Source: a virus (Duplodnaviria > Caudoviricetes). From it: a stretch of DNA of 61,040 nucleotides. The notes beneath the pieces were generated by a model. The model worked only from the letters and a program-made list of their open reading frames with translations, was not told the DNA's origin and did no database searches. The first letter of the stretch is position 1; each line of letters starts with the position of its first letter. This document shows, one piece after another, positions 41,302 through 53,079 of the stretch. The translations under genes were made by a program, and so were the position numbers. Where the stretch lies: IMG/VR virus record IMGVR_UViG_3300033153_003434, positions 1 through 61,040 of that record; one strand, given 5' to 3'.

Positions 41302-43801
41302 ACATCTAAATGAAAATTATTCAATAGATGGTAAAATATTACACATTTTAATAGATTATGGTTATAATAATCCTAAATTAGACGATATTATAGCCTTAGA
41401 ACTTACAGAAACACCTGGTGTATTAGCAATCACTACTAAAGATAAACAAGGTAGAGAAAGAAAAATACTACAAAAATCTATAGGTAGAATTTTAAGAAAT
41501 TTATTTCCTGATATAGATTTAGTTGGTGATGAAAAAGTTCAACAAATGATTAATGCTATTAAACTCCTATCAAATACAAAAGAAAGCGATTATTATGTTA
41601 AAATTTATAATAATATTACAGAATGGTATATGAAACTCGCAGGTCATGGTATAACTAGTTGTGTTAATGATAGTAAAAGAGAAGATGTTATTCTAAGAAC
41701 TATGGATAGCAACAAAAATATTAAAATAGCTGTAATGTATAATCAAAGCGATGATAAACCAATAGGTAGAGCTTTGATATGGTATAATGTACAAGGTTTA
41801 AACAAACCTTTCCTTGATAGAACCTACCCAGAAAATAAAACACATATTAACCAAAAATATCATAAATGGGGTAAAGAACATGGTTATGCTGTAAGAGATA
41901 GCAACCATTGGATGAATACCCAAGAAATTGATGGTCATTCAAATAAACTAATGTATTTCGATTTTAAAATACCCGAAGAAGCTGTTAAAGTACTCCCATA
42001 TATGGATACCTTTAAATATGGTAAACAAAGTAAAGGTAGTTTTAAATTATATAATAATATGGTTAAAGGATATGAATATATATTTGATAATATAAGGGGT
42101 ACTTATATCGGGGGTTATGAGTATACAGATTTTAAAACAACCCATAAAGGTTTAAAAGCATTTGGTGCTTGTCCTATGTGTCATGATATTGTTAACTATA
42201 CTGATGAATATATTATAAGGTCTGAATGGGATGGTATCAATACCTATAATAATGAATATATACACGAGTATTGTAAATCAGACGAGCTTAAAAAATGTGA
42301 TGGTTGTGATAAATATATGATGCCTTATGATATAGGGTATAAAGATGGTAAATTATACTGTCCACAATGTCAAGTTACCAAGTTTGGTGGTAAAATAGAT
42401 GAATGCGTTGCTTGTAGTGGTAATTGCTTAATAAACGAAAGTATTTGTGAAGTATGTTATGGTCAGGGAACGATTGTTCATACATACGCCTTAAATGAAG
42501 CCGTAGAGGCTAATGAAAGATTTGAAACTATTTTAAAAAATTATGGTTATGAAATGCCTAAAGAATCTATAATTAAAAGAATAGAAATTACACATTCCCC
42601 TGGTGCATTTCTTGTTTACACTACTGACAATAAAGGTAACGAAAATATGCAAGTTCAACGAAGAGTTGGAAGAATATTAAAAATGTTATTCCCAGGTATT
42701 CAAACAGATGGTAGTGATAGAGAAGTAAGGTATATGATAGAAGATTTACAACAACTATCAGTAGATTCGGAAGAAAGCCCTTACACATTATCATTAATGG
42801 ATGATGTATTTGAAGGTTATCGTAAAGCACATCTAAGAGGTGTTCAAAGTTGTGTGACTTGGAATGGTAGATTAGATAGTGGGTTAACAGAAGTTATGAT
42901 GACTGATTTAAACAGATGTGCTAAATGTAAGTTATTAGTAGCTAATGATAAAAATGATGAAAATCCAGTAGTCGCTAGAGCTTTAGTATGGGAAGATGTT
43001 AAATTAGTTAAATCAGATGGCACAACAGAAGAAACAACTTTGATAGATAGAATATACCCATTTGATAATACAACTAATTCTATGTATAGATTATATGCGC
43101 GAAGAAGAAATTGGACTGTTATGGATAGTGTGCCATCCAGTGCACATGTATTATTTGATACAGAATTAAAAAATTATAGTGTATTTCCGTATATGGATAC
43201 ACTTAACCGTGGTGTGTTTTTAGACGGAACACTTCATTTAATGAATAAAGGAAGTATAAGTATAGATGGTAAAACTATAGAAGCTACCGAAGGACCGTTT
43301 GTAAATCAAATGGGTGCTTTTAAAAATGATGAAATACGAGAAAAACTAACTGATAGATTTATAGAACAAGAAAGTTGTGTGCAGTGTGGGGATTATTTCT
43401 CAGAAGATGATATGATTAACGATACTTTTAACGATGAATTATACTGTCAAGGATGTGCTAATAAGGTTTTAACAGAATGTCCTGAATGTGATAAATGGTG
43501 TCATACCAATGAAGCAACAACTGTATATCCTGATTATGTAGATGTGTGTCCTGATTGTATAGATGATTATAGTGAATGTGGTGAATGTAATAAATATTAC
43601 GATAGTGACGATATGGTTGAATTTGAAGATGCAAATTACAGATATGAACATGTGTGTGAAAATTGTGCTGATGATGTGGGGTTTGAATGTTCACATTGTG
43701 GTAGTTGGTGGAGTAATAATCAAAAAAATGAAACAGATGACGGAACACTTTGTAATGAGTGTTGGAACGAATGGATAGCTCAACAAGAAGATGAGGAATA
43801 A
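41282..43801 (+). CDS. Cys-GNAT-like family paralog 5: tandem fusion of two catalytic-like domains, each with Zn ribbons
   Basis: TSCV/GRALIW/LDRTYP/PYMDTF, then after ALNE a second QSCV/ARALVW/IDRIYP/PYMDTL unit. Confidence 0.75.
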   Translation: MNMDSYKHLNENYSIDGKILHILIDYGYNNPKLDDIIALELTETPGVLAITTKDKQGRERKILQKSIGRILRNLFPDIDLVGDEKVQQMINAIKLLSNTKESDYYVKIYNNITEWYMKLAGHGITSCVNDSKREDVILRTMDSNKNIKIAVMYNQSDDKPIGRALIWYNVQGLNKPFLDRTYPENKTHINQKYHKWGKEHGYAVRDSNHWMNTQEIDGHSNKLMYFDFKIPEEAVKVLPYMDTFKYGKQSKGSFKLYNNMVKGYEYIFDNIRGTYIGGYEYTDFKTTHKGLKAFGACPMCHDIVNYTDEYIIRSEWDGINTYNNEYIHEYCKSDELKKCDGCDKYMMPYDIGYKDGKLYCPQCQVTKFGGKIDECVACSGNCLINESICEVCYGQGTIVHTYALNEAVEANERFETILKNYGYEMPKESIIKRIEITHSPGAFLVYTTDNKGNENMQVQRRVGRILKMLFPGIQTDGSDREVRYMIEDLQQLSVDSEESPYTLSLMDDVFEGYRKAHLRGVQSCVTWNGRLDSGLTEVMMTDLNRCAKCKLLVANDKNDENPVVARALVWEDVKLVKSDGTTEETTLIDRIYPFDNTTNSMYRLYARRRNWTVMDSVPSSAHVLFDTELKNYSVFPYMDTLNRGVFLDGTLHLMNKGSISIDGKTIEATEGPFVNQMGAFKNDEIREKLTDRFIEQESCVQCGDYFSEDDMINDTFNDELYCQGCANKVLTECPECDKWCHTNEATTVYPDYVDVCPDCIDDYSECGECNKYYDSDDMVEFEDANYRYEHVCENCADDVGFECSHCGSWWSNNQKNETDDGTLCNECWNEWIAQQEDEE

Positions 43802-43802
43802 C

Positions 43803-44294
43803 ATGAAAAAGAAGATATTTGAAAAGTATGAAGAAATAATGGATAATTACTATGATAATATGTCAGATGAAGATATTATCAGAGAACAATATGGTAATGG
43901 GTATAGTAGTAGTGGTTGTTGTACTAATCTCGAACTGTTTGAAGCTTATTCAAGCCTTTTAATTGAAAAGTTGAAGGGTGATATAGAAAACAAAGAGTTT
44001 AGCGATAATGGGGGGTATTACGGGGGTGTATACAAAGGTAAGAAGTTCTCTGCTGGGTATTCTACACAAAACTTCGGTAAACAAATAGAAAACAAAGATG
44101 AATTGGAAATGAATCAAAAATATAATATATATGTTGAACATCACGATATGTGGCTTATGGGTTATAGATTAAAAGCTGCTGGTATCGGAATGTATAGATT
44201 TAAATATGATAATAAATCAGAAACTGAGAAATTTAACATAAAAAGACTTTACAACAACATAAAAAAAGGTTATATTATATCATATTCAAATTAA
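43803..44294 (+). CDS. Hypothetical protein with long leader
   Basis: MKKKIFEKYEE..IIRE..LFEA..LLIE; GAGGA RBS. Confidence 0.6.
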   Translation: MKKKIFEKYEEIMDNYYDNMSDEDIIREQYGNGYSSSGCCTNLELFEAYSSLLIEKLKGDIENKEFSDNGGYYGGVYKGKKFSAGYSTQNFGKQIENKDELEMNQKYNIYVEHHDMWLMGYRLKAAGIGMYRFKYDNKSETEKFNIKRLYNNIKKGYIISYSN

Positions 44295-44329
44295 TTTTGT
44301 ACCTAAATCAAAAAAAATGAAAAAAAGAC

Positions 44330-44358
44330 TTGACAAAGAACTGATAATGTGTTATCTT
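44330..44358 (+). promoter_or_regulatory. Sigma70-type promoter
   Basis: TTGACA-17 nt-TATCTT with upstream A-tract. Confidence 0.7.
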
Positions 44359-44456
44359 AAAGATGACAATCGGATGACAAGTTTATTTAATAATAGATTT
44401 AGAAGGGAAATTTTTTAAGTAACAACACAAACAAAACTTTAAATAAGATAATACAA

Positions 44457-45020
44457 ATGAGTAAGAAGACATCGAACATATCTCCAATAGTACAAAACTC
44501 AATAACTAAAGAGAAACTTTCAAAAGCAAATGCTTATATGGAACAAGAGTTAGACTCTCTTGAACCAACACATAATTTTGATGCTACAGAATATGGAAAA
44601 GTTATCGTTCACGAATATGTAAAGAAAGACGGTGTTATACATATTATAGATAATAGTGGTGAAAATTTCAGGGTTTATGAAATCCTACCAAATGGTTCTT
44701 ATTCAATGAAAAGTACTAATGATGGTGATGTTTCAAAAACAAATGGTGATGATTTAATTATAGTAAACGGTAAACTTACAATAAAAACAAATGGAGATAA
44801 ACTATCTATTAATGTGGATGGTGGAGATTCTCCTGTTATGGAGAGAGCAGTATCATTTGATAAACTAAAAGATAAGTTAGAAGAAATAATAACAAACATA
44901 ACCACATTTGGGTTATCAGCGTCACCAGGCAGTCCTATAACATATACGACTATGCCACCAATAACTATAACAGAAAATGATATTTGTTATGATAATATAG
45001 AAATAAACAAAAACGCATAA
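44457..45020 (+). CDS. T4 gp5 C-terminal-like baseplate spike fragment
   Basis: YGKVIVHEY..GVIHIIDNSGENFRVYEILPNGSY followed by 8-residue xxNGD beta-helix repeats; no OB-fold or lysozyme domain. Confidence 0.6.
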   Translation: MSKKTSNISPIVQNSITKEKLSKANAYMEQELDSLEPTHNFDATEYGKVIVHEYVKKDGVIHIIDNSGENFRVYEILPNGSYSMKSTNDGDVSKTNGDDLIIVNGKLTIKTNGDKLSINVDGGDSPVMERAVSFDKLKDKLEEIITNITTFGLSASPGSPITYTTMPPITITENDICYDNIEINKNA

Positions 45021-45027
45021 TAGATTT

Positions 45028-45047
45028 TATAAATAATGATATAAATA
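45028..45047 (+). promoter_or_regulatory. Tandem late promoters TATAAATA x2
   Basis: Motifs at 45028 and 45040. Confidence 0.65.
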
Positions 45048-45075
45048 AATAATAATTAAATTATAAGGAAACAAA

Positions 45076-45591
45076 ATGATTAACAACAGAGATAGAAATA
45101 GTCTTAGAGAGTTTTACGAAAAAACTCATCCTACAAAGAAAGTTTCAGAAGCATATGATGATGCTAAAACAGAATTTTCAGAACCACATGCAATTCAAAA
45201 CCTTAAAGGTGAAAAAGTTCTTGGAATTCAAGTAGGTAATAAAACATATTACTTTACAGCAGATGTAGGTAAAAAGTATATCGCTTCTATGCAGAAAGTT
45301 ATTGATAACTTAGGTGGAGATAGCGGTCAAGACTTTGAAGATGAAGACGAAGATGAGTTTGGTGGTGAATTCTCACCAGAAGATGAAGAAAATATGCAAA
45401 GAAACCCTGCTATAATGGGTGAAGGTATTCTTAGAGAAGCTTATACTAAAGCTGCTACAGAAATAGCATATAATGAAGAAGGTAAAAGATTAAAACTTCA
45501 TTTTATTAATTTAGATGATAACATGTCTAAACTATTAAAATCTAAGTTTGGCAAGTATTATGATGAAGTAACTGATATTATACATCTATAA
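45076..45591 (+). CDS. Probable internal head protein
   Basis: SLREFYE, VSEAY, ILREAY putative processing sites; late promoter. Confidence 0.6.
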   Translation: MINNRDRNSLREFYEKTHPTKKVSEAYDDAKTEFSEPHAIQNLKGEKVLGIQVGNKTYYFTADVGKKYIASMQKVIDNLGGDSGQDFEDEDEDEFGGEFSPEDEENMQRNPAIMGEGILREAYTKAATEIAYNEEGKRLKLHFINLDDNMSKLLKSKFGKYYDEVTDIIHL

Positions 45592-45596
45592 AAACC

Positions 45597-45625
45597 TTGA
45601 CATTTTCAAAAACATTGTTTATATT
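45597..45625 (+). promoter_or_regulatory. Sigma70-type promoter
   Basis: TTGACA-17 nt-TATATT. Confidence 0.7.
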
Positions 45626-45660
45626 GTCAATGTAACCGAAAATTAAAAGGGAGATTAAAA

Positions 45661-45900
45661 ATGAAAAGTATGAGAATTGTAACAGTAATAGATATTAAAG
45701 ACCTTAGAAGCTTCAAATTGTCAGACAACATGATTTGTGTTCTTGATGATGGTGCTGTAGCTTCAAACTTAGAATTTGACAGTAGCGATGAAGCATTTGT
45801 AGAATTAGAATCAATTCTTGATGCTGTAAGAAGAGGTAAGGATAGAGTAATAATCAGTACCATACAAAAAATAGAAGATAAAAATGAGTCTAAAGACTAA
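45661..45900 (+). CDS. Hypothetical protein
   Basis: 79-aa ORF with GGGAG RBS. Confidence 0.6.
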   Translation: MKSMRIVTVIDIKDLRSFKLSDNMICVLDDGAVASNLEFDSSDEAFVELESILDAVRRGKDRVIISTIQKIEDKNESKD

Positions 45901-46744
45901 AATATTTTTAACTATATTAATAATACTGGTAGGTGTCGTAACTTGCCAGTATTTTTATAATAAGAATTTAAAAGAAGACCTTCATAACTCTGCTATGAAG
46001 ATTTCTGTTCTAGAGCAAAACCAACATGCTTTAAATGATTCTATTGCTTTTAAGTCTGATAGTGTTGCCGTACTTCATTCGTTTATAGGCGAACAAGAAG
46101 AATTGAATAAATCATTAGACAAACTCTATAATGATATTAAAAACACTACCGACCAAAATATTAAACGTCTTCGTGACCAAGTAGGTTTACTCGAAGGTGA
46201 AATTACATTTAAAGAAAAAGTTATAGACAGTTTGTTGGTTAATACTGACCATGCAGAAGTTACAGATAGCACTATTATGGTACCAGTTTTATATCATAAT
46301 ACGGATATGGGATTGAAGATTGATGCTTACACTGTCGGTAATTTTGTGGATAAAACTGCATATGTTCATTGGAATGAAATTAAAGTTACACTCCCTAAAT
46401 TACGAATAGGTTTGGTTTACGAATCATCCGACAGTACTATTGTTGCTATGATAGAATCTAATAAAGAAATCACAAAATTCAAAACTGTCATGTCTGACGA
46501 TTTATACAAATTGATTATAAACAACACAAGTCCGAAAAAGACATGGTTAAATTATATTGGTATTGTATCTGAATTAGAAGTTGTTGCCGAACCATATTTA
46601 AATCTTATGGCATTTGGTGAGTATAAAGACTTCTATATATTATACGGAAAGAGATTTGATGTTTATGAAAAATTATCTAATAAAGATATTTATAGATTCG
46701 GTTATAAAATGAGTTTAAAGAAAATTACAAGTTGGATACGATGA
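45884..46744 (+). CDS. Membrane-anchored coiled-coil protein (possible spanin)
   Basis: N-terminal TM IFLTILIILVGVVTC, coiled coil, beta-rich C-terminus. Confidence 0.5.
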   Translation: MSLKTKIFLTILIILVGVVTCQYFYNKNLKEDLHNSAMKISVLEQNQHALNDSIAFKSDSVAVLHSFIGEQEELNKSLDKLYNDIKNTTDQNIKRLRDQVGLLEGEITFKEKVIDSLLVNTDHAEVTDSTIMVPVLYHNTDMGLKIDAYTVGNFVDKTAYVHWNEIKVTLPKLRIGLVYESSDSTIVAMIESNKEITKFKTVMSDDLYKLIINNTSPKKTWLNYIGIVSELEVVAEPYLNLMAFGEYKDFYILYGKRFDVYEKLSNKDIYRFGYKMSLKKITSWIR

Positions 46745-46992
46745 AAGAATATGATGATATATTAAAAGAAGAAAGAAGGCAAGGTGACACTATTACAAAA
46801 TATTTCATTTGTGATAGACACAGACGAAATATCGATGCTGAATATATGTTTAGTTTTATGTTACACAAATCAAAACCATTTCATTATTTCGATACTAAGG
46901 AAGAAGCAGAAGAAGCTATGAGAAAAGGTTTTTATGATGATTCAGATTATAGTGTTATTAGTGTAGTGTTAACAGATACAAGATTTGATTAA
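46741..46992 (+). CDS. Small protein with leader
   Basis: MKEYDDILKEE; FDTKEEAEEA motif. Confidence 0.55.
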   Translation: MKEYDDILKEERRQGDTITKYFICDRHRRNIDAEYMFSFMLHKSKPFHYFDTKEEAEEAMRKGFYDDSDYSVISVVLTDTRFD

Positions 46993-47003
46993 AAAGGATT
47001 TAA

Positions 47004-47687
47004 ATGAATAAAATTACAAATATATATAATGAAACGGTTAATGAAGAAAACCATATATATACTGTGAATGAATATAGTGAGTTTCATTTATTTGAAGCTT
47101 CTTTTGGTAGAATTAATGACCATACTAAAAAAGGTTATATTATAATGACTGCTTTTAGAAGGGAAAACACTTTAGAATATAATATGAGTCATAATGATGA
47201 CCTTAAGGAAGATTTAAAAGACCTCGCATTGGGTTATTTCGAAATTGATGGTGCATATGAAGAAAAGGATATTGATATTAATGACGATAATATAACAAAA
47301 ACGGGTGATGTGCATAATGAAATTTCACTGTTTATTCCGTATAGAGATGTGTATACATATGATGAATTTAAAAATATTGCTATGGATTTAGCTAAAAGAT
47401 ATAAACAACAATCGGTTGCATATTCAGAAGGCGAAGGACAACCAATATATGAATTATATCAAAATGGTAAATTATTAATTATCGGGCATAAAATAACATT
47501 TGATAAAGTTTTCGATGATGAAAAATCTGGTTATATACCTAATAATAACGACAAAACTATATATCATATTTATTCTCAGTTGAGAAGTGGTAGACATAGC
47601 GGTAGAAGATTTGTTATAGAAGGTGTACGAATACCTAATGGTGCAGACCAATCTTATAATTTTAAAATTAATAATCAATTATGGTAA
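47004..47687 (+). CDS. Probable S-adenosylmethionine lyase (T3 SAMase-like) with capsid-targeting-like leader
   Basis: IIMTAFR..NMS..L..GAYEE..NEISL..LAKRYKQQSV matches the order and spacing of T3 SAMase motifs as recalled (VSAFR..NMS..GCYRE..EEKTV..LACNEWEQDCV). Confidence 0.7.
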   Translation: MNKITNIYNETVNEENHIYTVNEYSEFHLFEASFGRINDHTKKGYIIMTAFRRENTLEYNMSHNDDLKEDLKDLALGYFEIDGAYEEKDIDINDDNITKTGDVHNEISLFIPYRDVYTYDEFKNIAMDLAKRYKQQSVAYSEGEGQPIYELYQNGKLLIIGHKITFDKVFDDEKSGYIPNNNDKTIYHIYSQLRSGRHSGRRFVIEGVRIPNGADQSYNFKINNQLW

Positions 47688-47720
47688 AATAAAATATATT
47701 ACATATTTTTAAGAAAGTGC

Positions 47721-47749
47721 TTGACAAGAGCACTTTTTTTGTCTATCTT
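47721..47749 (+). promoter_or_regulatory. Sigma70-type promoter overlapping a terminator-like hairpin
   Basis: TTGACA-17 nt-TATCTT inside aaagtgctt-gaca-agagcacttttttt. Confidence 0.65.
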
Positions 47750-47776
47750 TAACATATACATTATTTAGGAGTAACA

Positions 47777-48415
47777 ATGAGTAAAATAACAATTGTCGAT
47801 GCTGACAATAAATTCCTTTTAACCAGTTTCGGTAAAGGTATTTACATGCGTTTGTGGGCTGATTATACTAATAAGGAATACTATAAAGATTATACTTATG
47901 ATAATTCATACAAGCGAATAATTTTAGCAGGTAAGATGGCATCAGGAAAAGATTACCTTAGAAATAAATTAGTGGAACAAGGATTTAAAAAAGATATATC
48001 GTACACATCAAGACCTATAAGGGAAAATGAAGTAGAAGGTAACGATTATTATTTTATAACAACTAATAAATTTCAAGAAATGATAAAGAACCAAGAGTTT
48101 TTTGAATATACAGAATTCTGTGGTTGGTATTATGGAACAACAAGAGAAGCTTGGGATAGCTGTAATGTGTTTATTATGAATCCTTATGGTTTAAATCATT
48201 TAAAAGATAAAGATAAAAAACAATCGTTAATATTATATTTAGATGTACCTTTAGATATAAGGTTAAAAAGATTAGAAAAACGAGTTATGGGGTATGATAA
48301 CATTGAAAGAAGAATTAGTACAGACTTTCACGATTTTATTGGTTTACCTTATACTTATAAATTAAAAGACTTAAAAATAACAAAATTAAATTTCCCTGGT
48401 GATTGGGATAAATAA
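47777..48415 (+). CDS. gmk: Guanylate kinase
   Basis: P-loop GKMASGKD; TSRPIRENEVEGNDYYFI and YYGT GMP-binding signature. Confidence 0.9.
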   Translation: MSKITIVDADNKFLLTSFGKGIYMRLWADYTNKEYYKDYTYDNSYKRIILAGKMASGKDYLRNKLVEQGFKKDISYTSRPIRENEVEGNDYYFITTNKFQEMIKNQEFFEYTEFCGWYYGTTREAWDSCNVFIMNPYGLNHLKDKDKKQSLILYLDVPLDIRLKRLEKRVMGYDNIERRISTDFHDFIGLPYTYKLKDLKITKLNFPGDWDK

Positions 48416-48428
48416 ACAGGAGTAATAG

Positions 48429-48605
48429 ATGGAATTAAGTGATAATCTTAAAAAACGATTAAAAAGTGATATAACACCACAATGGTGGGATGATACTGGT
48501 TATGTTATTTATTGTGATTTAGCTCATAAATTAATCGAAAAAGGATTTACGGAAGATGATGCCATAGAATTTCTTAGAATGGCATATAGTGCAACATCAA
48601 TTTAA
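48429..48605 (+). CDS. Small hypothetical protein (58 aa, below ORF-track cutoff)
   Basis: AGGAG RBS; MELSDNLKKRL...SATSI*. Confidence 0.6.
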   Translation: MELSDNLKKRLKSDITPQWWDDTGYVIYCDLAHKLIEKGFTEDDAIEFLRMAYSATSI

Positions 48606-48617
48606 TAAGGATATATA

Positions 48618-48890
48618 ATGACAGAAGGAAAAAGATTACAAATGATACAACAATCTTTAACACAAGAAAGAATACCAATATGTGTTGTGTATGTTTTAGA
48701 AAGAGAAAAGAAAATATATCACATAGCAGGTGTGGATAAACCACCTTCACAAGAATTATTGAATGATGTAGAATTGGGTTTACGAAGAAGTGTTGATTGG
48801 GAATTGATAAAACCAGTATTATCAGAATTAAAAGTAGATATTGTTAAAACTGATATATTAGCAGAAACATATAAAGAATACATACTATAG
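48618..48890 (+). CDS. Hypothetical protein
   Basis: 90-aa ORF, AGGA RBS. Confidence 0.6.
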   Translation: MTEGKRLQMIQQSLTQERIPICVVYVLEREKKIYHIAGVDKPPSQELLNDVELGLRRSVDWELIKPVLSELKVDIVKTDILAETYKEYIL

Positions 48891-48899
48891 GAGTAAAAA

Positions 48900-49205
48900 A
48901 TGAGTGATGGCGTAACAGATTCTAATAGAGAATTTGAAAAAACAAAAAAAGAAACAATTGATGAGAGAGACAAATTAAAAGAAAAATTAGAAAATATCAT
49001 CAAAGAACAACAAGACAAAATTGAAAGTTTGAATAAAATAAACGGTGATAGAAATGGTTTAATTTTATATTTTGTTAATAATTATTTGAGATATCCTACT
49101 GAAAGAGGTTTTAAACAATTAACAACAGTTCTCGAAGCTGATTTTATGGATGTGAGTCTTAAAAAAATGAAACAAGAACAGGATAATTTAAAGAAAGAAC
49201 AATAA
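48900..49205 (+). CDS. Hypothetical coiled-coil protein
   Basis: 101-aa ORF, AGGAG RBS. Confidence 0.6.
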   Translation: MSDGVTDSNREFEKTKKETIDERDKLKEKLENIIKEQQDKIESLNKINGDRNGLILYFVNNYLRYPTERGFKQLTTVLEADFMDVSLKKMKQEQDNLKKEQ

Positions 49206-49210
49206 AAGAC

Positions 49211-49239
49211 TTGACATTCTGATTTATTTGTTTTATATT
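49211..49239 (+). promoter_or_regulatory. Sigma70-type promoter
   Basis: TTGACA-17 nt-TATATT; ATG lies 7 nt downstream of the -10 box (likely leaderless mRNA). Confidence 0.7.
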
Positions 49240-49246
49240 GTTCTGT

Positions 49247-49690
49247 ATGAATGATGAAAATAAAAATATTGATGTTACCAAAATAATCACAGCTTTTAAA
49301 CAAGTTTTTGGTTATTTTGGTTTTTCTATTTTATGGCTTAAAGATAAAATTGTAAGTATATGGAACTGGTTTACTGGGTATCCTGATAGACTGTTTGCTT
49401 TTTTTATAACATTATTTATAAGTATATTCGTTATTGGCATTCCATTAGCTATTACATGGGATAATATGGAAGAAATCGACCATTATGATTATGAAAGAAT
49501 TGAAAAAATGTTAATAAAATATCCTAAAATAAAACCATTAGTAAAAGAATGTTTCGAGAATGATGGTTATATATCTGAATGGGAAGAAGGTACAATACGT
49601 GATGTTTATAAGGTTGAAGAAGATAGATTAGAAGAAATAGAATTACAAAAACAAAGAAATATAATACAAAAACGATTAACAGGAGGCTAA
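49247..49690 (+). CDS. Membrane protein, paralog of 50147..50491
   Basis: TM segment then YERIEK..YPKIKPLV..NDGYISEWE. Confidence 0.6.
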   Translation: MNDENKNIDVTKIITAFKQVFGYFGFSILWLKDKIVSIWNWFTGYPDRLFAFFITLFISIFVIGIPLAITWDNMEEIDHYDYERIEKMLIKYPKIKPLVKECFENDGYISEWEEGTIRDVYKVEEDRLEEIELQKQRNIIQKRLTGG

Positions 49691-49691
49691 A

Positions 49692-50147
49692 ATGAATGAC
49701 AAGGTTTTACTTGATAAGGAATACGTTACAAAAATAACGATGTGTGTAGACGATGGTGGAAAAGCTAATGAACATTATAAGTGGGTCGAAAAAGGAAACC
49801 ACGATGACCGAGTGAAAGTATATTTTAAAACTTTTTTTGGTAAGGAAGATTGGAAATGGGGTATTGGTGATGTTGCCCATGATGATGGTTGGTATTATAA
49901 TGATTGGAATAACGATACAAAATTTAAAAGTGATAGTTTTAAAACAGATGAAGAATTTTTAAAATTCATTGGTATAAAAGAGCATTATATTAAAGATAAT
50001 ATATTATACACAAAACCTACATTAACACTTATAATAAAACATGAAGGAAATAACGAAACACATGTATATTACTTTGATACGATGAAAGAATTAAATGAAC
50101 GAATGGTTGTTATACAAGATAACTTTAAAAATTTAGTGGTAGTGTAA
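49692..50147 (+). CDS. Hypothetical protein
   Basis: 151-aa ORF, AGGAGG RBS. Confidence 0.65.
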   Translation: MNDKVLLDKEYVTKITMCVDDGGKANEHYKWVEKGNHDDRVKVYFKTFFGKEDWKWGIGDVAHDDGWYYNDWNNDTKFKSDSFKTDEEFLKFIGIKEHYIKDNILYTKPTLTLIIKHEGNNETHVYYFDTMKELNERMVVIQDNFKNLVVV

Positions 50148-50491
50148 TGGTACTTAGAATACCTGAATGGAAAGATATTAAAAAATGGTTTGATGATAAT
50201 GTAGATATTATACCTTTTATACTTAGTATAGTTACTATAATAGGTTTAATTTTATTAATAATTACATTTATAACTAATTGTAATAGTAGACAATACAGAA
50301 GTATAAAACCTTCCATGTATGATACAGTTGAAGAGTGGGTCGATGAAACACCCTCATTAAAAGCTATGGTATTGGAAAAATTATCAAACGATACAATTAC
50401 ATATCGTGAATATAATGATATAAAAGCTGAAAAGTGGAGACTTGATAAAATACACAAAGCGTTGAATATGAAGGAAAAATTAAGGAAATAA
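50147..50491 (+). CDS. Membrane protein, paralog of 49247..49690
   Basis: TM segment then YDTVEE..TPSLKAMV..NDTITYREY. Confidence 0.6.
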   Translation: MVLRIPEWKDIKKWFDDNVDIIPFILSIVTIIGLILLIITFITNCNSRQYRSIKPSMYDTVEEWVDETPSLKAMVLEKLSNDTITYREYNDIKAEKWRLDKIHKALNMKEKLRK

Positions 50492-50503
50492 AGGCGGTTT
50501 ATT

Positions 50504-52699
<2,196 letters not shown>

Positions 52700-52707
52700 G
52701 AGAAAAT

Positions 52708-53079
52708 ATGGCTAAATCTAAGGATTTTGGTGGTTATTATGGTACTGATTATATATCAGCACCTAAAATTTATGAATCGATAGAAGATGAGAAAAAGGTT
52801 TGGAATAGCAAAAAAGCTACCCCGTTAACAGAGGTATATAACGAAATAATTTCAGATTTTCATCATAGTAAACTTAGAAAAACTGACCCTAAAACTATTC
52901 TTACTCTAGAAGATATAGTAGGAAATGTTAAAGTTGCGAGTGGGAAAGGTGAAACAAAATGGGTTATAGAAAGAGAATTTAAGAAAGATGTTATAATTCC
53001 TAACACAGATGTTAAAATTCAAAACTTTGATGATATTAAAGAAAAAATTAGAACCGCACCATGGGAGTTAATGTTATAA
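52708..53079 (+). CDS. Hypothetical protein
   Basis: AGGAG RBS; internal LTEVYNEII motif resembling the leaders. Confidence 0.6.
   Translation: MAKSKDFGGYYGTDYISAPKIYESIEDEKKVWNSKKATPLTEVYNEIISDFHHSKLRKTDPKTILTLEDIVGNVKVASGKGETKWVIEREFKKDVIIPNTDVKIQNFDDIKEKIRTAPWELML

Noticed and set aside
37154-43801. Diversity-generating retroelement or multiheme cytochromes
   Set aside because: No reverse transcriptase or near-identical template/variable repeat pair seen; CxxC pairs almost all lack the following His
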